This document shows, in pieces, positions 25,342 to 32,085 of a stretch of DNA of 54,237 nt. Each line of letters opens with the position of its first letter. Position 1 is the first letter of the stretch. The notes beneath the pieces are model-generated. The model was not told the origin of the DNA. It made no database searches and was given only the letters and a program-made list of their open reading frames with translations. The stretch is from positions 1 through 54,237 of the IMG/VR virus record IMGVR_UViG_3300049830_000086. One strand, given 5' to 3'. The DNA is from a virus. Its lineage: Duplodnaviria; Caudoviricetes. Made by a program: the position numbers and the translations under genes.

Positions 25342-25597
25342 TGGTACCGGATAATCGAACAATCCCCGGCTGTTTTAAGTACAGTAACTTGCTAGGTAAC
25401 CCTAGCGTGCTTTCGCACTCCAGTTATATTAGCTCAAAACCAAAACTACTGTGGACTGTACTGGCTGATTGCTCTTTAGTGCATATAGCCTAGCTCTGAG
25501 AGAACACTGGGACTCAGTTGATTAGCGACTGACCGGACCTAGGACCGGTGCTGCTACCTTAAGGTAGCTACCCTGTTTAACAGCTGTCTAACCTCCC
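25342..25597 (-). ncRNA. Unidentified multi-stem structured RNA (~255 nt)
   Basis: Closing stem GCTGTT/AACAGC; hairpins GCTACCTTAAGGTAGC, ACCGG..CCGGT, GTGCGAAAGCAC, GCTAGG..CCTAGC; long-range AGTACAGT/ACTGTACT. Confidence 0.5.
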
Positions 25598-25601
25598 TAA
25601 A

Positions 25602-25925
25602 TTATTTGACCGGCACTAACTTGTAAGATACGCCATCCATCACTATGATAGCCTCATTGTAAGAGGATTTACCGGCTGTTACACTATGGTTGATGGTGCC
25701 TGTATTTGTGTCACCCGTACCAAAGTAGTAGATATAGTGGTAGTGTGTGTCTTGCACATTGTTGATCTTGATGCAATACAATGTCCGACCATCTGGCATA
25801 GTGCACATGACTGTAGGACATTGTGCACTAGCTTGATTTTGAGCGTTGATCTCTACCGGATCTCGCACACAGCCTGCAAGAATTAGTAGAGCAACGACGC
25901 TGAACAGTAATAAGTAATTTTTCAT
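25602..25925 (-). CDS. Lipoprotein
   Basis: MKNYLLLFSVVALLILAGC lipobox. Confidence 0.7.
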   Translation of the reverse strand: MKNYLLLFSVVALLILAGCVRDPVEINAQNQASAQCPTVMCTMPDGRTLYCIKINNVQDTHYHYIYYFGTGDTNTGTINHSVTAGKSSYNEAIIVMDGVSYKLVPVK

Positions 25926-25935
25926 TTTGTTAAGT

Positions 25936-26009
25936 TGGCAGGAGCAGCAGGAATCGAACCTGCACCAATTCTTTTGGAGAGAATCAGGCTACCATTACAC
26001 CATACTCCT
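25936..26009 (-). tRNA. tRNA-Trp(CCA)
   Basis: ATTCT-CTCCAAA-AGAAT; G73; CCA. Confidence 0.92.
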
Positions 26010-26015
26010 ATTTGA

Positions 26016-26432
26016 TTATTGAGCTTTCTTGGAAGGCTTGAAAACACATTCAGGGCAAGCTTTGATAGCCTCGCCAATCTGTTTGAACGTAGCCTTACCA
26101 TCGTCGTTATACTCGGCTAAGGTGAAATTCTCCTCACCCTTGTAACCGGCAGCTGTAATGGCTTTGAAAAATTTCTCTGAATAGGCCAGTTCACCAGATT
26201 CGCCACGCATACGCATATCAGCGATCGCAGCTTTGGATAGCGAGCCTTCACCACCTTCGTATAGGAAGGTACCTTCATAACCTTTTCCAGGCTTAACTTT
26301 GCGGATGTGATGTTGAATCAATCCTAAGCAGCAGAAGCTTTTGCCTTGGTTAGAGAGTTTACCTGTAGTCTGGCTATATTCACCAGAGGTTAGCATAGTA
26401 GTCCAGAGTTTTTGTTTAGCAGTTAGTGTCAT
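26016..26432 (-). CDS. Hypothetical phage protein
   Basis: W...L.SGEY.Q..G.L.....CCLG...ND....F.QI motif common in phage ORFs. Confidence 0.7.
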   Translation of the reverse strand: MTLTAKQKLWTTMLTSGEYSQTTGKLSNQGKSFCCLGLIQHHIRKVKPGKGYEGTFLYEGGEGSLSKAAIADMRMRGESGELAYSEKFFKAITAAGYKGEENFTLAEYNDDGKATFKQIGEAIKACPECVFKPSKKAQ

Positions 26433-26535
26433 AAATTTAGATTAGTTTAAGGTTCGAAACCCTTAGCCCAGACAAAGAACACTTCATTAGAGAGCTTGTA
26501 AGCTAATACAGCTTTCTGTCTATAATGTTCTAAGG

Positions 26536-26778
26536 TTAAGCTAATGATCTGTTGTATTTGTTTAGCTGTGCACATGATACGAACAGGAATAACCTTCTCA
26601 GGCCTTGATACGTCCATTTACCTTTACCAGGTGAAAGGATAGTCAAGCCGCCTGTAATTTTCTGAACTCGCTTATCCCACTCTTTGTGGTGCTTAGTTCT
26701 TATCGGCGTTGTTTTGGGATAGCCGTATTGTGTCGGAACCAGTATCTCGTACAGGTTCTTCTGTTCTTGGTCGTTCAT
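26536..26778 (-). CDS. Hypothetical phage protein
   Basis: YEILVPT...H..WD..V..I.GGLTI..P.KG.W motif. Confidence 0.55.
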   Translation of the reverse strand: MNDQEQKNLYEILVPTQYGYPKTTPIRTKHHKEWDKRVQKITGGLTILSPGKGKWTYQGLRRLFLFVSCAQLNKYNRSLA

Positions 26779-26906
26779 TTATTTTTTGTGAAGCATCTCG
26801 ACACCAGAAGGCACAGTCTATACAACCGTTGCCGCAGCAGTGTCCTATAGCTTGTCCACGCTCGCCTATCGGGTAGCCTGCATGTTGTGTTATTGTAGAC
26901 ATAAAT

Positions 26907-26981
26907 TGGTAGCCTTACAGGGAATCGAACCCTGGTCTACTAATTGAGAATCAGTCGTCCTAGCCGCTAGACGATAAGGCC
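26907..26981 (-). tRNA. tRNA-Glu(CTC)
   Basis: ACTGA-TTCTCAA-TTAGT; Glu-type D-arm GTCTAGCGGCTAGGAC; CCA. Confidence 0.9.
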
Positions 26982-27491
26982 AATCTTTGATCTCGGTATG
27001 TTTTAAGTATGTGACCGAGCTTGTTTTCACCGATTCCTCCCAAGTCCTGACCCCAGTAAGTGTCATTCCAGTGGTTCTTTTCGATGAGAAGTTTTCCTTT
27101 AGTTGCCATGAGATCTTGGAATAAACCAAAGTTCATGTCAAATTTGTGGCGAACGATGTCGCGCATGATAAAGAACCTAACCTTGCCCCAGTCCGACCTC
27201 ATCTCTAGCTTAGAACCCAATTTCTTGGCTTGGCTAGGAGTGGCGGAGGCAAAGATGAAGCGCTTATCACGATCAAGTGTTTTAGCCGCTTGATAGGCAT
27301 TTTCTGAAGAAGGATATAACATTCCTTCAAAGTATACCTGACATGGCTCAAAGTTGCTTAGGAATCGGTAAGGACCAAAGAAGCCAGCAATAGTGTTCTC
27401 GTCATGAACAGCGTATTCTTGCCATCTACCAGCTACCAGCTACATAAGGTTTACCATCTAGAAGCACTTCATTGTAAAGTTCTTCGCTCAT
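26960..27491 (-). pseudogene. NADAR (YbiA-like) family gene frameshifted by a 7-nt tandem duplication
   Basis: IAGFFGPYRFLSNF...YPSSENAYQAAK...R.DW...KF...E.N.W.D.YWG...GEN.LG; removing one GTAGCTG copy (27430-27443) restores frame to the ATG at 27491. Confidence 0.75.
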
Positions 27492-27946
27492 CTTAATTCT
27501 TTCAAGAAATTCAGTGTGTCTTCTTTAGAAAACTTATTTTTACCGTAGTTGACAAATAGGCAAACAAACTCGACATTACCTTGAACATAACCCTTAGAAG
27601 AGTCTATTCTATCTAACGACGCCGAGTTTGGTTTACATTCGCCTCGTTTAGATAAGTGCATTGGGATACCTAGATAAGAACAGTTGCCTTTTTGGTTATC
27701 CCACAAATTTTTTAGATAGCTTAGTGTAATATCAATCTGTAGTTTCTTAACACGTGAACTCTTTTTAGAGTTAGCTAGTATCTCTCTAAATGCAGAGAGT
27801 CCATCTAATCTGTTATGCTTGCTTGCGCAAGATTGATTACAATAAAAGTCATACTTAGAGCTATGTAACCTAAGCTGTCTATCATACTCGTTCTTTTCTT
27901 TTTCAAACGACTTACCACAACCTGCACAAATTAAAGTAATTTTCAT
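27488..27946 (-). CDS. HNH-like homing endonuclease
   Basis: C..CGK.F...FYCNQSC; QKG.C...G; SLDRIDSSKGY..GNV..VC..VN. Confidence 0.82.
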   Translation of the reverse strand: MKITLICAGCGKSFEKEKNEYDRQLRLHSSKYDFYCNQSCASKHNRLDGLSAFREILANSKKSSRVKKLQIDITLSYLKNLWDNQKGNCSYLGIPMHLSKRGECKPNSASLDRIDSSKGYVQGNVEFVCLFVNYGKNKFSKEDTLNFLKELR

Positions 27947-27952
27947 ACCTTA

Positions 27953-28004
27953 ATATTAGCAGTTATGTGGAGACTATACAACTATTTTCTGAATAGTCTC
28001 CACA
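27953..28004 (-). promoter_or_regulatory. Sigma70-type promoter overlapped by a 12-bp inverted repeat
   Basis: TTGTAT-N17-TAATAT-N6-ATG; TGTGGAGACTAT (27966-27977) / ATAGTCTCCACA (27993-28004). Confidence 0.55.
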
Positions 28005-28008
28005 AATC

Positions 28009-28410
28009 TTAGCCTACCCAAACGTAACCTTGTTCAGGAACTTCACCTATTCTTTCTTGAGGTGAGATATCCTTGTCGTAGATCACATGAACGTCTTTAG
28101 ACTTAAGATAGTCTTCTAGAGTGATTAGTTTTTTGTTCTCGTCGTACTTAGTATCAGGAACTTCGACATATTCACCAGCTACGTAATCGCAACCTCTGTG
28201 AAAGGCTGTCATTTGTGCCAAGCTTTCGCCTTCACTAATTGAATAGTCGTTACCGCAGCAAGTACAGGTTATCCTGTCTGGATTGTGTCCGAATCTGTTG
28301 TAGAAAATTATCTTAGCTTCCTTTTCAGGCGCATTGATGTAGATGTGTTCCCATTTTTCTTTGGAACCACCACCACTATGCATATCCCAGAATTGTGTCC
28401 ATTTTGTCAT
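28009..28410 (-). CDS. Hypothetical phage protein (start moved to MTKWTQFWDMHSGG)
   Basis: FWDMHSGG...IYI.A...FG.NP..TC.CCG.DY motif. Confidence 0.65.
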   Translation of the reverse strand: MTKWTQFWDMHSGGGSKEKWEHIYINAPEKEAKIIFYNRFGHNPDRITCTCCGNDYSISEGESLAQMTAFHRGCDYVAGEYVEVPDTKYDENKKLITLEDYLKSKDVHVIYDKDISPQERIGEVPEQGYVWVG

Positions 28411-28418
28411 TGTAAAAT

Positions 28419-28493
28419 TGGTGTCCCTATGGAGAATCGAACTCCAGCCTACGCATGGAAAGTGCGTCGTTCTACCACTAAACATATAGGGAC
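28419..28493 (-). tRNA. tRNA-Glu(TTC)
   Basis: ACGCA-CTTTCCA-TGCGT (unusual C37); CCA. Confidence 0.88.
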
Positions 28494-28582
28494 AATTACC
28501 CGCAAACTTAGCCTCAGTTCACGGGATTAGTAGTTTACGTAGTATCCTTTGCAGAACGCCACATAGGTCTTCACCTAGAAGT

Positions 28583-28657
28583 TGGAGCGATAGATGGGAC
28601 TTGAACCCACAACATTCACGTTGGCAACGTGATGCTCTACCATTGAGCTACTACCGC
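28583..28657 (-). tRNA. tRNA-Gly(GCC)
   Basis: TCACG-TTGCCAA-CGTGA; U73; CCA. Confidence 0.94.
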
Positions 28658-28663
28658 GTTAAA

Positions 28664-28867
28664 TTAGTTATGTACCCACTTTATCAAACAACTCAGACCA
28701 CAGAAGTGATGAGGTTGGTTAATCTCTGGGTGGATCATCATGTCTGTTACAGGCCCTTCATTACAAGGGATTGCCTCGCACTTTAAGACTAACCTGTAGT
28801 CGACTGAATTACTTGTTTTTGTAATGCTTCTGCCACAGCCATCACAAGTTATCTTGGAGTCTTGCAT
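28664..28867 (-). CDS. Small zinc-finger protein
   Basis: CDGC...HFCGLSCL..W. Confidence 0.6.
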   Translation of the reverse strand: MQDSKITCDGCGRSITKTSNSVDYRLVLKCEAIPCNEGPVTDMMIHPEINQPHHFCGLSCLIKWVHN

Positions 28868-29127
28868 TAGACGTCGATTATTGGTTTAAGATCAGGAGGC
28901 AAGAACTCCGCTAAAGGAGCACTGCACTTCGAACAAATTGGAATTCGGATAGGTACTACATCGCCAGACCCGCCGCTAAGAATCATACTGACTCTGCGGA
29001 ACATGATGCCTTCGATGAATACTTCGTTACCACAAGGACATTTGATTGGCGTGGTATCGCTCAGCTTAAGCTGCACTTGGACTCGGCTAACTTGGTGAGA
29101 GTTGGTAGAAAACGGATTTTCACTCAT
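28867..29127 (-). CDS. Small zinc-ribbon protein (start moved to MSENPF)
   Basis: C.CGN..F......R.VS.....P....CSKC. Confidence 0.65.
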   Translation of the reverse strand: MSENPFSTNSHQVSRVQVQLKLSDTTPIKCPCGNEVFIEGIMFRRVSMILSGGSGDVVPIRIPICSKCSAPLAEFLPPDLKPIIDV

Positions 29128-29277
29128 AAAAAATAAGGCTGGTTGTTCTGTTCGCAAACCAGCAAGCGCTTGACCTAAAGTTGGTGACCAGGACTATCAA
29201 TCCTGACCGGCCCTGCAGATTTTGTTTTGGTTTCTCTCCGCTACGCCTCTACTGCATGAATCACATGCTTAAAATAC

Positions 29278-29306
29278 AAAAACCCCTAGGATTTTATTCC
29301 TAGGGG
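29278..29306 (-). terminator. Intrinsic terminator of the attenuator
   Basis: CCCCTAGGA-ATAAAA-TCCTAGGGG followed by TTTTTGTATTTT. Confidence 0.85.
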
Positions 29307-29334
29307 TGTAAACTCTTCTACACTACACCCCTAG
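29300..29334 (-). promoter_or_regulatory. Antiterminator hairpin, mutually exclusive with the terminator
   Basis: CTAGGGGTGTA (includes the leader stop codon) pairs perfectly, 11 bp, with TACACCCCTAG, which overlaps the terminator 5' arm. Confidence 0.75.
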
Positions 29335-29435
29335 AACATAAATTCCGCACTTGTAAGTGCTGGAATCTGGGCATAATTATCCCAGCCGGTTCTTTTTACC
29401 GGTTGCGTTCCGCGTGATGTATGTAACAAAGTCAT
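29331..29435 (-). CDS. 34-aa attenuator leader peptide MTLLHTSRGTQPVKRTGWDNYAQIPALTSAEFMF (not in ORF track)
   Basis: Lies between promoter and terminator; 32 distinct codons, 19 amino acids. Confidence 0.7.
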   Translation of the reverse strand: MTLLHTSRGTQPVKRTGWDNYAQIPALTSAEFMF

Positions 29436-29448
29436 TGAACTTATCTTA

Positions 29449-29477
29449 ACTTTACAAGAAGTGCTGAGAACTGTCAA
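29449..29477 (-). promoter_or_regulatory. Sigma70-type promoter heading the tRNA island
   Basis: TTGACA-N17-TAAAGT. Confidence 0.75.
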
Positions 29478-29480
29478 CAC

Positions 29481-29900
29481 TTAATCGTCACTTTCTGTAT
29501 ATTCATTTTTAAGAATACTTTTACGTTCAGTAGTCCAGCGTTTGCCAGTTCGTACACGTTCAAAGTAATCTTCAAAAGTAATAACAGTAGCTTCAATTAT
29601 TGTAAAGTTGTAAGTTTGATTTTTTGGTGGAAACAATGGATTCTTTCCAGGTAAGGGTATTAGGTTAAGATAGTCACTATAACGTAACCTAAGTCCTCTA
29701 AAGTTAAATTCCCGGTCACCATAGAAAAGGTCAGTGTACTTACCATTGACTTCTTGGTCAGTCAAAACTTTAGGAATGTCTTTAGTAGCTGCCTCTACTT
29801 TTGAAAATATTTCGTAGACCGCTGCGTGAGGATCTTGATGCTCAAAAAACGTGTACTCCTCACTATACCAGCGGCCTATGTCTAGCAATACAAGTCTCAT
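29481..29900 (-). CDS. Hypothetical protein
   Basis: 139-aa ORF. Confidence 0.55.
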   Translation of the reverse strand: MRLVLLDIGRWYSEEYTFFEHQDPHAAVYEIFSKVEAATKDIPKVLTDQEVNGKYTDLFYGDREFNFRGLRLRYSDYLNLIPLPGKNPLFPPKNQTYNFTIIEATVITFEDYFERVRTGKRWTTERKSILKNEYTESDD

Positions 29901-29923
29901 TTTGGTTTTTGAAGAGAGTTTGA

Positions 29924-30229
29924 TTAAAGGTTTGCGGCTAAGTTTATAGCTTCTTTCAGGTTTTCAATTAGGGAGATATGTACATCAAGTTGCCTAGCTT
30001 GCGCCAACATTCTTTGAAGATGTTCAATCAGTTTTATCTGATGGTCTGCTAGTACGTGAGTGTAACTGATTAGGTCTAGTGCTTCTTCCCTGACATTAAG
30101 TACGGTAGGCTTAGCAAAGAAATTTCCGCCATGCTCCTTCTGTCCCTTAGCATATTTGATTTCAATCTCGCGTCCTACTGTCTTAGCTATATTACTGGCT
30201 TGCAATACCGGGTCAAATTCTTCGCTCAT
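29924..30229 (-). CDS. Hypothetical protein (start moved to MSEEFD)
   Basis: KY.KGQ.EHGG...EEALD...Y helical motif. Confidence 0.55.
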   Translation of the reverse strand: MSEEFDPVLQASNIAKTVGREIEIKYAKGQKEHGGNFFAKPTVLNVREEALDLISYTHVLADHQIKLIEHLQRMLAQARQLDVHISLIENLKEAINLAANL

Positions 30230-30315
30230 GTTTAACTTCGTTGTGGTTGACGGCGAACTGTTGTCCACATACCAGGCATTCAACATGGTATGTGGACAAC
30301 AGTTCGCCGTCTATA

Positions 30316-31128
30316 TTAGGCTGATGCTGGTGATGTATTCTGAACTCTGACTTGTTCGAGCACTTCGTTGGTGCCACGCGTGAACACTTCACCTTGTTTA
30401 TTAAATCCTGGCTGTTCAAAGACATAACTCCAATACCTCGTATCATTTTGGCTTTGTACCTTGTCCCAATAGACATTTCGTGCCATGAAGGCGGGAATGT
30501 TTTTTAGCTTACACTGGACTACCCAATGTTGCTCTAATGTTTTATATCTGCTGGGAGAAGGAACAGGGCTTGATTTCTGTCCATATAGTTGCAGCATGTG
30601 AGTGTCTAGACAAGTCACTTCACATTCGTTAGGATAGCATAATTCGATCGCGAATGCCGTCTTAGCATAGCCAAGACCGTGCACCTGATTCATTGTTCTA
30701 TGCCTGAACATGTCCCAAGTTTCTGTAGGTTTCTTGCGCCAAAAGCTTGGATTGGCGTAGAATGTTTGTGTGAACTCCCACATACCTTTGCTTCTCATAG
30801 TGGTCAAGCCTACGCCTGATGCTGTTATGATGTCAGTGAGTTCAGCCTTAGTTTTGAATGTCTGTCTCGTTACATTAAGATAGCCTTTTACATTAGCCTT
30901 CCATCCGCAGTGTACGGAGAGGAAAGCGAACAGCCACCTTTTGTAGTGCTCGTCATCTGTTTGAGGAGCGATTGACTGCCAGTAAGCTTGATAGTCTGCT
31001 ATCTGCTTAGTGTCGAGTCCGGAGATGTAGTCAGCGATGGTTTTGTTTTTGAATCCAGTTTCTGGCTGCACTACAATACTTTTGTCGTTGAGTTTAGCGT
31101 AGTATTGAGCGTTAGTTAGAATAGCCAT
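30316..31128 (-). CDS. HhH-superfamily DNA glycosylase/lyase-like protein
   Basis: FAFLS, HhH motif VHGLGYAKTAF, catalytic-type LDTHM. Confidence 0.7.
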   Translation of the reverse strand: MAILTNAQYYAKLNDKSIVVQPETGFKNKTIADYISGLDTKQIADYQAYWQSIAPQTDDEHYKRWLFAFLSVHCGWKANVKGYLNVTRQTFKTKAELTDIITASGVGLTTMRSKGMWEFTQTFYANPSFWRKKPTETWDMFRHRTMNQVHGLGYAKTAFAIELCYPNECEVTCLDTHMLQLYGQKSSPVPSPSRYKTLEQHWVVQCKLKNIPAFMARNVYWDKVQSQNDTRYWSYVFEQPGFNKQGEVFTRGTNEVLEQVRVQNTSPASA

Positions 31129-31134
31129 AGGAAT

Positions 31135-31160
31135 AAAAAAACCGCCTGGTTTGGGCGGTT
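31135..31160 (-). terminator. Intrinsic terminator
   Basis: AACCGCCC-AAACC-AGGCGGTT followed by a T-run. Confidence 0.6.
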
Positions 31161-31180
31161 GAGAATAGATTAGTTTAGTT

Positions 31181-31723
31181 TCATAGTGTCTTTTTAGGTT
31201 TTGGGGGTTTTACTGTTTCTAGGGTGCTACGATTCTTTGCCCAATATGCAATGAGCAGTGAATCAGCATCCTTCTTCAGCTTAAGGTTTGGGAACAATTT
31301 CTTGCCCAATTCTAGAGAAGCTTTCTTCAATTCTGAGCTTCCCTCTATGTTAGGTAGAAGGATGCGTTGCCACTGCTTGGAATCAACATACTCTACATTA
31401 AGACCGAACTTCTCAATCACGATTAGTTCTGCCTCTAAGCAGCGTACAGCGGAGATGCTGGCCCTAAACCTGGTTGGGTTTATCATAGGCCTCTCCATTA
31501 ACACTAGAGTCTTGGTGGGATCTAGGTTCCACTTCAAGATCTGTTGTTCCATTTTAGGGGCGTCTAACCTAGTGATGTGATGCTCTTCCTTAGTGTAGGA
31601 GAGCTCATATCTAATAGGAAGGGGCACATACTCTACCAGGCTTGTACCTAATAGAGCTACTCCGTTCGCGGAGGTGCCATTGTCAAATGCTAGAAAAAAC
31701 TCAGGACGTAATACATCAGCCAT
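31181..31723 (-). CDS. RuvC-like Holliday junction resolvase
   Basis: AFDNG, MERP, QWQ...K, DADSLLIA RNase H-fold acidic residues. Confidence 0.7.
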   Translation of the reverse strand: MADVLRPEFFLAFDNGTSANGVALLGTSLVEYVPLPIRYELSYTKEEHHITRLDAPKMEQQILKWNLDPTKTLVLMERPMINPTRFRASISAVRCLEAELIVIEKFGLNVEYVDSKQWQRILLPNIEGSSELKKASLELGKKLFPNLKLKKDADSLLIAYWAKNRSTLETVKPPKPKKTL

Positions 31724-31767
31724 AGGTGGTAATGTACTCCATCCTGAGAAAAAGTCAATAGGCTGAT

Positions 31768-32085
31768 TTAGCCTTGAGGATCTTCCTTCTTTTCTACTAC
31801 GAAAGTAGACTCGGAAGGTGCATCTTTGACTTCTGTTTTGGTGATAGCTTGCAGAGGATTAAAGATCTGGTTCATCTGGTCCTTGAAAGGCAGATGGTCA
31901 ATTCTTCGAAATCCTTCTAAGCTTTGTGTGACAACTTTAGGAACAGCGCCGGCTTTCTGTTCTTGTGTCTGAATCTTCTTAGCAATCTTAGTCTTAGAGA
32001 CCTTAGGCTTCGTTACCTTAGCTTTGGTAGGTTTCTTAGTGACTTTAACTGCTTTCTTGACAGCTTTATTTACAGGTTTGCTCAT
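31768..32085 (-). CDS. Lys-rich basic protein
   Basis: K/A/V/T/P-rich N-terminus; coupled to recA. Confidence 0.55.
   Translation of the reverse strand: MSKPVNKAVKKAVKVTKKPTKAKVTKPKVSKTKIAKKIQTQEQKAGAVPKVVTQSLEGFRRIDHLPFKDQMNQIFNPLQAITKTEVKDAPSESTFVVEKKEDPQG

Noticed and set aside
434-28657. Stop-codon reassignment or suppressor tRNAs
   Set aside because: No CTA, TTA or TCA anticodon found, and long genes are intact in the standard code with TAA, TAG and TGA all used as stops
29220-29262. AGTAGAGGCG resembling the 5' end of a lysine riboswitch
   Set aside because: The remaining conserved helices and length of the L-box are not recognisable
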